A stretch of DNA of 64,000 nt from Eledone cirrhosa (Eukaryota). The position numbers and the translations under genes were made by a program. The stretch covers positions 58,404,001-58,468,000 of the forward strand of contig OZ024742.1 of the NCBI GenBank assembly GCA_964016885.1, in the 5' to 3' direction. The notes under the pieces were generated by a model. It worked only from the letters and a program-made list of their open reading frames with translations, searched no databases and had not been told where the DNA came from. Shown here piece after piece: positions 12,981 through 22,723 of the stretch (position 1 is the first letter of the stretch; the number at the start of each line of letters is the position of its first letter).

Positions 12981-14036
12981 ATTTTTTCATCCTATTTTTC
13001 ATGTGCTATCAACTAATCCAATCTCCAAGATGCTTGAAACTGACTTTTTCCCCCCAGGAAAACGGCGGGGTGAGGTGGTTCCCCCTTCACCTGGATAACC
13101 CCTGCTTACTCGTAATTTTCTCTTTGATTCTATTTTCATGCGTTATCAGGGAATATGACTTCCAAACCAATCAAAAACAACTAGCTTTGGAGAAAGAGGA
13201 GAGGCAGAGGGGAAGAGTTTTGCAGATCTACACCCCACTCACATGTTGTGGGACTTAATCCTTTCGGTATATTTCCTGTGCTATTTCCTGTGCTATTAAT
13301 TAATCTGACCTCCTAGATGCTTCCAATCAACTTATTTCCCTGGGTTAGGTTTAGGGTTTAGGGTTTAGTTTTAGGGTTGGGGTAATGTTTAGGGTCTAGT
13401 TTTAGGGTTGGGGTAAAGTTTAAGGTTTAGTTTTAGGTTTGGGGTAAAGTTTAGGGTTTAGTTTTAGGTTTGGGGTAAAGTTTAGGGTTTAGTTTTAGGG
13501 TTGGGGTAAAGTTTAGGGTTTAGTTTTAGGGTTGGGGTAATGTTTAGGGTTTAGTTTTATGGTTGGGGTATAGTTTAGGGTTTAGTTTAAGGGTTGGGGT
13601 AATGTTTATATTTAGATTTAGCTTGGTTTGGTTTAGATTTAGAGTTTAGGGTTGGAGCTAGATTTAATTTTATGTTTAATTTAGTTTTAGTTTCCAAATC
13701 CCAGAAGAAAAAAAATTGATTCAGAGCAACTAAAAGGTCAGATTAGTTGATAGCACTCAAAAGGAGACCGAAGACAAATCATTAGGGTATATATCTACAA
13801 AACGACAATGGTCTTTTCACCTGCTTTACCCCTCCTTTTTCCTAGAACAACTAATCATTTCCAACTGGTTTGGAGGTCATATTCGTTGATAACATACGAA
13901 AAATCTTAGAGAAAACTCTGGGGTTAAATGAGAGAAGTGCATCCACCTAAGTTTTCCATGAAGAGAGAGTCAATAACAAACATCTTGGAGTCCGGATTAG
14001 TTGATAACGCATGAAAAAAAGACGAGGAAAAAATTT
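12980..14036. mobile_element. Foldback/MITE-like element: ~360-bp imperfect inverted arms around a telomere-like spacer
   Basis: Left TTTTTCATGTGCTATCAACTAATCCAATCTCCAAGATG pairs with right CATCTTGGAGTCCGGATTAGTTGATAACGCATGAAAAA; inner arm modules also pair. Confidence 0.8.
13342..13650 (+). repeat. 31-bp G-rich telomere-like tandem repeat, about 8 copies
   Basis: Unit GTTTAGGGTTTAGTTTTAGGGTTGGGGTAAA; GGGGTAAA recurs at 13441, 13472 and 13503. Confidence 0.9.
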
Positions 14037-14573
14037 TGGGTGTTATGTGGTGTGGAGTAGTGAGGAGTGGTGTGTTGTGTTGTGGTGTTATGTGGTGTGG
14101 AGTAGTGTGGTGTAGTGTTGTATGTTTTTATGTGGTGTGGTGAAGTGTGGTGTGATGTGGTGTGGTGCACTGCGATGTGGTGTGGTGCAGTGCGGTGCGG
14201 TGAGGTTCTTCATCTTTATCTTTCTCTTCTTCATCTTTGTATTCATCTTCTTTGTTTTGTCTTCCATCTAAACAAAAAAAATATATATATAAAACATATA
14301 TGTAGCCAATCTCTCAGACTTTTACAAAGCTTCAAGGAGATAAATTTAATATAAGTGGTGTGTTCCTGGACAGAGATACTACAAAATAGCTTAAAAGCTA
14401 TATATATATATACATATATATCCAGTGGGTGTAACTAGGAGTTACTGCAGGTTCACCCGGATGAGCACTCGATGTTTAGGTTCACTTCTGTGATGATGTG
14501 TAGAGCTATACAGAGTGTAATATATAGAAAGGATAAAAGGACGATTCATTATTCCTTCATTGCATTCATTGAT

Positions 14574-14660
14574 AGGTGACGCGCGTTTCGCCACTGATCA
14601 GCTCAAGGTTCGATCTATATTGATCTTACCCGACTCAATAATCCGCAGCTCGACGGACCT
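14574..14660 (-). ncRNA. Degenerate type I hammerhead ribozyme motif with long stem II
   Basis: AGGT-CCGTCGA-GCTGC...GTGGC-GAAA-CGCGCG-TC-ACCT; the core differs from CUGANGA at 2 positions. Confidence 0.5.
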
Positions 14661-14831
14661 TCCTGAAATGCTATAAGAAAACGAAATACATGCTATGTGA
14701 TAAAGTCAGATATTCAAGAGTTTGACAAAATGAGTTGTTTTGATTGGTGGGAAGAGTCAAGGCGATGTACTGGCCTGTAGTGTATATGGGGGTGGGTGTG
14801 ATGGTGAGATGTTGGTGACGTGGGTGGATGA

Positions 14832-15040
14832 GATGGGCTGTGGTGTGGTGGTGATTGATTGGCCTTGGCGTGTAGAGTATGTGTGGGTGTGGATGTTATG
14901 ATATGGTGGTGGTTATGGTTGCTTGGTGGGATGGGCTGTGGTGTGGTGGTGATTGATTGGCCTTGGCGTGTAGAGTATGTGTGGGTGTGGATGTTATGAT
15001 ATGGTGGTGGTTATGGTTGCTTGGTGGGATGGGCTGTGGT
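14832..15040. repeat. 98-bp tandem duplication, about 2.1 copies
   Basis: GATGGGCTGTGGTGTGGTGGTGATTGATTGGCC... at 14832 and 14930. Confidence 0.88.
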
Positions 15041-15204
15041 ATGAGGTTAGTGGGTTGTCAGTAGCCGGCTGGGCGTGTGTGTGGGGGTGTGGTATTGGTG
15101 CCGCTGTCTATGGTAGTGGCGTTTGTGGTGGTGTGGCGGATGTATTGGTGGCGTCAAGGTCATTACCCAGAAACATAGCTAGTCGGTCATCGTCTGGCAG
15201 ATGC

Positions 15205-15995
15205 CTTGTATATACCTATACGCACACACACATATAGGTATATATGTGCACACATATTGTTGTATAAACACACCCAGCACACAACACATACGTACATCCC
15301 TGCCCACACATATCGACACACGGTCACACGCGGCCATATGTATATGTACACACATGTATGTGCGTGTGCGCGTGCGGACACGAATATGGAGAGTGGGGGG
15401 AGTATTGTTGGGGGTGGCGAACGATGGAGATGGGGGGAAGGTGACAAGCAATGTAGAAGGTGTTTTACATACATACGTACACATACATATGCCCATACAT
15501 ACATATGGGTATGGGCACCTGGACTCACACTCACGTATACAAAATATACACATACTCACTCACACACACGTATACTCTCGCACATATATATACACACACA
15601 CACATACATATACATATATATATATATATATATACATAGATATACACACACACAGTCATTTACATACAACACAGATATACACGCACATATACACATACGT
15701 GCACGCACCTGAGCTCACCTACACATATAGTCAGATTCACCCATATACCTATATGTTGACGTGCACATATACACACATACATACACATACGTATAGACAC
15801 ACACACATACATACATACACATACGCATACACATACACATATATATATATGTATACAGATACGTACCCACACATACACACATGTATACACCTGCGCTCAC
15901 ATACACACACACACACACATACAATAACTATGCGTACACGCACGCACACTCATACGTCCGTCTGTGTAAGAATACTTACACACCGACACACACGC
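15205..15995. repeat. (CA/TA)n degenerate dinucleotide microsatellite
   Basis: Directly visible; source of spurious HT/YI/CV ORFs. Confidence 0.9.
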
Positions 15996-17086
15996 TATTG
16001 TTGGTTGTTGGTGTTGGTGAAGTATGGAGTTGTGTTTTGTGGTGGTGGTGGTGGAGTTGTGAGGGACAACGTTTATATATACAGGATCAAATACCGGTTA
16101 GAAGGTGTTTATGGACGTACGGCGATGTGTGTTGTGGACATGGTGATGGTGGTGGTGCTGGGGTGATGTGTTCGACGAGATGGTTACATGATCAGAGGTT
16201 ACGGTGTGTTATAGGGTAAGGCAGGCGGGGGTGGGGGGTTTATAATACAGTCGATCTGGGAGCGAGGGGTGATATGTGTTGATGATGTTAATGATAATGA
16301 TTGTTGAGGTATTTGGATGTATCTAGTGGTGGCGGTGGTTGTGTGTGCGTGCGACAGTACAATTACAGGGTCGAATTTAGCGTGGGGTTGTAGGTTAGGG
16401 TAGATAGAGGGTACATGGGGGGGATGAGGTTGTAGGCGTGTATGGTAGGCATATGACGATGTGTGGTGTGGTGGTGGTGGCGATGGTGTGATATGATCGA
16501 CATAGTATTTACTAGGTCCCTTGTCATTGTGGATTGCAAGGTAGAACGTATCATAGGATACCGATCTAATACGATGTTGCAACGATGAGGTGTGTATGTT
16601 GATGTGAATTTTGGTGGTGGTGATGGTGATGCGTGCGGCATGATATACAAATGCGGGCTTAGAAATGGTTACATGGAGTACAATATAATAAGTTCATTGA
16701 GGTGGGTGATGTTGAGACGGGGTATATGTGGTTATTAATATGGTGTGTCGTGGTTAGTGTGATTTTTGGTGTGGGTTATGTATGCGGCATGATATACAAA
16801 ATACGGGCTTACATATGGTTAAATGCAATGCAATAAAATAAGATAAAGTGAAGTTAGATTAGAATTAAAGTTCGTTGAGATGGGCGATGGTGATACGGGG
16901 CAGATGTGGTTATTATTATGGTGGGTCATGGTTAGTGCGTGGTCCTCCCGCGAAAGTTTGTGCAGAAAAGGTGTGCATCCTAGTGTGTCTGCAATTGACA
17001 ATTATGTCCGACCTATAGTTTATGGTGGAATCAAGTTTAATTATTTCCGCCGCCTCAGCAGGCATAATCTGCAGTGGTTTCTGTCA

Positions 17087-17130
<44 letters not shown>

Positions 17131-17133
<3 letters not shown>

Positions 17134-18048
17134 CTTGGGTTGGAATTTTGAAAAATATTCCCAAATGCAAATATGAACTGCAAAAGCAAAAATCTAATTT
17201 ACTGCATTAAATGCCCGAATTGTGAAGAACTATATGTCGGTCAAACTGGAAATGCACTATCGGAACGTGCACGGGTGCACCGACAGCAAATCAGAGACCC
17301 AAATGTCCGTCAGATACCCCTGAGTAACCATCTAGCAGCTTGGGTTGGAATTTTGAAAAATATTCCCAAATGCAAATATGAACTGCAAAAGCAGAAATCT
17401 AATTTACTGCATTAAATGCCCGAATTGTGAAGAACTATATGTCGGTCAAACTGGAAATGCACTATCGGAACGTGCACGGGTGCACCGACAGCAAATCAGA
17501 GACCCAAATGTCCGTCAGATACCCCTGAGTAACCATCTAGCAACTTATTTATAATATTTCCATTCTACAAATTACACAGGCCAAGTGAAATCAAGAGAAA
17601 AATCAAAGAAAAGAATTTTATTGATAAATTCCAACCCAAGCTAAATGAACAATAATAATTCTTAGGGGTATAAAAACCCTAGAAAATGCTATTTACATCA
17701 TTTCTAAAAATAGCAAAACAATTGATGCTTTGGATAGAGCCAAATAGAAGTCGTTAGACATGCTCAAGCAACCATGACACCTAAACCAATCAGCTTCAGT
17801 AATCCAGTGAAACTACACACCAATTGGTCGAAATACAGTTTGCAAAATTAGCATTCTGTAGCCGCTTTTCACTGTATATAAGCACAAATTTTACCCATCT
17901 CATTACAGTTGAAAATTGCAAACTTGACTGTCACCACAGAATATGAACCTGAAGATTGCGAAAGCATGAAAGTACTTGTTCAATTAACATTTAACACTTA
18001 ATATTCTACCATACTATTCAGATTACATCTATAAAATTCAAATTACAT
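17131..18048 (+). mobile_element. 5'-truncated Penelope-like element: GIY-YIG endonuclease (tandemly duplicated 205 bp) plus pLTR
   Basis: MNCKSKNLIYCIKCPNCEELYVGQTGNALSERARVHRQQI (LIY..YVG, conserved R and H), then IFPFYKL...KEKNFIDKFQPKLN*; duplication at 17132 and 17337; hammerhead at the 3' end; (TA)n flanks. Confidence 0.9.
17944..17982 (+). ncRNA. Minimal type I hammerhead ribozyme (PLE-associated)
   Basis: TGAAC-CTGAAGA-t-TGC-GAAA-GCA-t-GAAA-GTAC-TT-GTTCA: stem I TGAAC/GTTCA, intact CUGANGA and GAAA, palindromic stem III AGTACT. Confidence 0.8.
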
Positions 18049-18076
18049 CTATATATATACACATACATATATATAT

Positions 18077-18411
18077 GGAGGCACATGGCTTAGTGGTTAG
18101 AGCATTGGCCTTGCAATCGAAAGGTTGTGAGTTCAATTCTCAGACCGGGTGATATGTTGTTTCCTTGAGCAAGACACTTTATTTCACATTGCTCCAGTTT
18201 ACTCAGCTGTAGAAATGAGATGATAGGGACTGGTCTATATCATTCCACTGCAAAGTGGTCGTGGAGGTGCTACGGCAAAAAGCACCCAGCACTCACTGTA
18301 AATGAGGTTGGTGTTAGGAAGGGCATCCAGCTGTAGAAATCAAGCCAGAATCAGTTCCCGTTCCACTCTTACAAGCAGGGAAAAAGTGGACGTAAAATGA
18401 AATGATGATGA
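18077..18411 (+). mobile_element. SINE family A, full length
   Basis: GGAGGCACATGGCTTAGTGG head, GAGTTCAATTC B box, tail matching the 3' end of the RTE at 41971. Confidence 0.9.
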
Positions 18412-18935
18412 TATACATTCATATATATACATACATACACACATATACATATATACAAATACACATATATATATGGCTGGAATACATATATACATTCATA
18501 TATATATATATACATTCACATATATATATATATTCATATATATACATACATACACACATATACATATATACAAATACACATATACATGCATATATATACA
18601 CATATACATATATATATACATGCATATATATATATACATATACAATATGTATAGGATTCCTTTCCCTTTGAGCAAATAATTTACAGGGAATAACGCAACT
18701 CTATGGCTCCGTTAATTTATCTTCATATATATATATACATATATATACATACACACATATATATACATACACACACACATATATACATATATATACATAC
18801 ACACACACATATGCATACACACACATATATATATACATACACACATATATACACACACACATATATATAGATATACATACATATATATAGATTCATACAT
18901 ACATACACACACATATATAAATATATATATATATA
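18412..18935. repeat. (TA/CA)n microsatellite blocks
   Basis: Directly visible. Confidence 0.92.
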
Positions 18936-19415
18936 AAGTACTTAACGATGAGCATTCTAGTTGTTCAATAAACTGATTGAATAATACAAACTATGTTTTA
19001 ATATACAGATTCATTATTTGTGTATATATAATATATACAAAGCATATAAATAAATTTACAGTAGAATAACATAGCAAATATGTTTTAAATATATACATAA
19101 ATAACATTACCAATGCTTAAATAACATTATAAATTGCTCGTGATTCTTTCAGAAGGATATATTCCTTTAATGTTGCAATATTAAAGAAAATATACGTATA
19201 TATATACATACATATATTTATTCAACTAAGGAAAGTTGGTTGATTGAAAATCTGCTGAATAAGAGATGACAAACACTCAACAGTTTATGTTTATCCGGAG
19301 TTTTATTATAATAATCGTTTTTACTTTGGCACAAGGCCAGCAATTATCCAGTGTATTACTGGTACTTTATTTTATCGACCCCATAAGGATGAAAGGCAAA
19401 GTTAACCTCGGCGGG

Positions 19416-19687
19416 TTATAATAATAAACAAGAAAGACGGTATCATTTTCCCATCCCTATTTATTTTATTATGCGTATTTCATTTGTATAACATCTGCCC
19501 TATGTGTTCTCATATCAACGGATATCAACGAATATCTCATATCAACGGATATTTACATCTTGCATGGATTTTTGTCGGAAGAAAACACGTAGGGCAGATA
19601 TTATACAAATGACATATGTCTTCGAAATAAGTATAATAAAATAAATAGGGACGGACAAGTGATACCGTCTTTCTTCTTTATTATTAT

Positions 19688-19688
<1 letters not shown>
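19416..19688. mobile_element. Palindromic MITE (~100-bp arms, ~70-bp spacer)
   Basis: AAGACGGTATCA..TCCCTATTTATTTTATTAT..CATTTGTATAACATCTGCCCTATGTGTT pairs with AACACGTAGGGCAGATATTATACAAATG..ATAATAAAATAAATAGGGA..TGATACCGTCTT; TA-rich ends. Confidence 0.8.
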
Positions 19689-19732
<44 letters not shown>

Positions 19733-20274
19733 GTTGAAAAGGTAACACACTAGAGAGATATACAGTGCGCTATTAATAAAACAGGGAAAAAAACACCAGT
19801 GTATGGAATCTATAACATATGAAAGCCAGACTATAGACACGATAATTAAAAATATAAATTAAAGCGTAAATAAATACCTCTATAACTATATAACACACGT
19901 ACAAATCCAAAGAGATCTGTTTCACCAGTAAGTTGTTGACAGAAATGGAATAACCTCGGTTCCTCAGCTTCAGACAACACTAAGAGAATTTTGGCGCCAA
20001 ACTTTTCCTTTTGAAAGAATAATGTGATTTGTCACGTGATATTACCTCTAAATATGTGAATACGTACACAGCATTCTCCTCACGAAGGGCGAGAGTGGTG
20101 ATCGTAAACATATATACATATACACACAAACACACCATATATATATATATATACACACGCAGAAACACACACATACAATAACGACGAGTACTACGATTCT
20201 GGAGGAGCGAATGATGGAGAAATTTACCTTATCATTCCACAATGCTTCAATACTCTCCTATATATACATATATA

Positions 20275-21230
20275 TCTATATATATAAAGCTGTGGTTGTC
20301 TGTCTGTCTATCGATTTTTGGCACACATCTCCTCTTAGAATCTCTGACGGAATTGCTATGCTTGTACATTGAGCCCTAGCGAAGACATCGGAAAAAAATA
20401 TTTCAAATTGACCCACCCTATGTGACGAAATCGAATCTAATGTATCGATTTTTGAGCGTAAGTGACGAGTTATTTCCCTTTGTTCTGTTTACATTGAGCG
20501 TCTTACATGTTCTGCGTGCAAAAATTAAAAAAATTACGCTGGCTTTCTCAGCGTTTAAAATGACATTAACACAATACACGAACAGTTGTCGAGCCAGCAA
20601 AATTTTGACCTGCAAAATTCATCAGTTCGAACACTAAGCTTCCGTTTTACTTCATTTCCATTTAAAAGCCTTTTAAAACAATATTTTTACTTGAAAACAA
20701 GTCTATTTAAAGACTACGTAAAACAAGCAAATATTTCGTAAAAAAAAGCAAAAATTATATAAGTTTATTTAAAATATATGTATCTGTAAATTTCGTTAGG
20801 CGTGCAGACAGACAGTCGTGCAGAGAGGTGATATACGCGTGCAGACAGATAGTCGTGCAGAGAGGTGATATACGCGTGCAGACAGACAGTCGTGCAGAGA
20901 GGTGATATAGGCGTGCAGACAGACATAACTGATAATTTGGTTACGCTAATGTTTTTCTCTGCGTTGCAGTGTTTACATTTTCAATCTTTGTTAATAAATA
21001 ACCAGTGCAGTTTTTATCCCCAGCATCCTCTTTTGTTATAACATTCGGGTTATCGTTATGTTTTCTTAACTTCATAAGGCATATTGTTGGTTGAGGGAAT
21101 ATTAATCAAAAACACCACATGCAAGTCTGCACAGTAGACACTACAGTTTTTAAGCCAAAAAAGAAACTTAACATTGTAACTTTAACACAGCTACTGAGCG
21201 ACCCCGAGCAACGCCGGGCTTTACTGCTAG
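20275..21230 (+). mobile_element. Non-autonomous Helitron
   Basis: A|TCTATATATATAAAGCTG 5' end; 3' hairpin CCCGAGCAACGCCGGG then CTAG|T; internal 36-bp tandem repeat at 20800-20925. Confidence 0.85.
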
Positions 21231-21605
21231 TATATGATAGAAAGAAGAGAAAAAAACGAGACCCTTAGAAACGAATAAGAGTCATCAAAGCGATCATATG
21301 TATTGCTTTAAACTGTAATGCGAAGGGATACACTAGTATTTGAGGTACCATCATTTGAGATTTTAATCCTCGGACTTTTCCCTCCCGGTTTTGAAATTTA
21401 GGGGTGACTGGGAATATTACATAATGTAGGGATTTTCTTTTCCTTTTCTATCATTTCTTATTTATGTATTTATATATTTATTTATCTACTCTCGTGATTG
21501 ATATTCCGACAAATGTTAGGGGTGTATTTTTGTTTTTTATTATGTCAGGTATAGCATTCAAAAATTTCTCTCCCTTCCCCCAATATATATATATATATAT
21601 ATACA

Positions 21606-21688
21606 AACACAGTGTCCAAAAAAATGTATACACACTTCAACAGCAAAGTAATCAAAGTGTGTATATATTTTGGAGGGGACACCGTGTG
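21606..21688. mobile_element. Tiny Tc1/mariner-type MITE
   Basis: ACACAGTGTCC..AAAATGTATACACACTT is inverted with AAGTGTGTATATATTTT..GGACACCGTGT, within (TA)n. Confidence 0.6.
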
Positions 21689-22168
21689 TATATATATATG
21701 TGTGTATGTGTAACTAGTAAAACTGTAAAAACGCAGCGGTATATTCTAATTTGGCCCTTTTAAGGGCCACTTATATTTTCATTTAAGTAACTCCACTTAC
21801 GCGTGGTAGTAATACGGAAATAAACGATGTTTTGCTTTCATCGGCTGCTTCGACTGACAGCTAATAGCGTTGTAGTGCCATTACGGGGTCGATAAAATAA
21901 AGTACCAGTAATGTACTGAATAATTGCTGGCCTTGTGCCTAAAGTAGAAACAATTATTATATCTCTTTTTATACAACAGTTAATGAGTCAAAGGGAAACT
22001 TTCTAGGTGAAAAACCCATGGTCATTCGTGACCGAAGGAGGTCTTTACCTCTTCATAAGAAAATTTAAAATATATCAGAAAATAACACGTAAATAAAATG
22101 ATACAAATTAATATATTTTAAAATGTTATATGTTTTTTGTGTAGATGTAGCAAAGTGGACTTTTGAGT

Positions 22169-22723
22169 TATGTAGCGATAGAAAGAACTGGTTTGAGTTT
22201 GTTGTTCATTTGAGAGTGGCAGAGTTTGTAGTAGTTGTTGGCTTGATGGGTGATTAGGTAAATGGTAAAATTGTCCCATAATATAGCGCTGTGTGAAATG
22301 CCGTTGAATGAATGAATCGTTACTTAAAGAATCTTTATTGAATAAATAGCTTACGTCGAAGCTATTGTTGATAAAACAGGAAAACAGCAAAGAACTAAGT
22401 GTTATGTTTGATTGCCTGTAACTTGCGTGAATGCTGTAGAAGTCTGATCAGATGAATTGAACTAACTTTTATCGAAGTAGCCTAAACCCGTCAATAGGAT
22501 CGGAGTGTTTGGCTAAGCACTACATTTCTCTACTGCTTGAGCAACTTGAAGTGATGTCCTTCTCTTCCAAGAAAACAGGGTGGAATGGCTTTAAGAAAAT
22601 CTGATCTCATTTAACCCCAAGTTGGCCAGTTTCTACAGACTACAGGCGCCAAACCGAGATAAAGAAAAACAACACCCCAGGGTCATTTAGGGGTCAGCAT
22701 GTGTGGAGAGATTTCGCTACATA
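22169..22723 (+). other. Candidate structured RNA or solo LTR (TGTAGCGA...TCGCTACA)
   Basis: 10-bp terminal inverted repeat; nested 7-8 bp helices and a crossing helix in 22406-22654; G-U wobbles favour the + strand. Confidence 0.4.

Larger units (their letters stand above)
14421..17088 (-). mobile_element. Penelope-like element remnant (GIY-YIG C-terminus, long low-complexity tail, hammerhead-like motif)
   Basis: Minus 17085-16960 reads HCRLCL/EAAEIIKLDSTINYRSDIIVNCRH with a frameshift (CxLCxxE..N.RSx..CRH motif of PLE endonucleases); hammerhead-like motif at 14574-14660; both ends abut (TA)n. Confidence 0.6.

Noticed and set aside
13342-13650. True telomere or chromosome-fusion site
   Set aside because: A 31-bp compound unit rather than (TTAGGG)n, enclosed in inverted arms of a dispersed element.
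15179-16219. 321-aa and other His/Thr/Tyr or Cys/Val ORFs
   Set aside because: Translations of (CA/TA)n microsatellite; the same applies to 18402-18914 and the His-rich 12592-13002 ORF.
18077-18150. tRNA-Cys-like gene (GCA loop)
   Set aside because: It is the head of a multi-copy SINE and has no proper acceptor stem.
20800-20925. 36-bp repeats that could suggest a CRISPR array
   Set aside because: Head-to-tail with no unique spacers, inside a Helitron, in eukaryotic DNA with no cas genes.
22481-22490. CCTAAACCC as a telomerase RNA template
   Set aside because: It would template TTTAGGG rather than the TTAGGG expected for molluscs, and no clear CR4/5 or H/ACA domain was identified.
22420-22645. 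Group I intron P and R-like motifs (AACTTGCGTGAA, CTACAGACTA)
   Set aside because: No S element (AAGATATAGTC) to form P7, and no host gene.
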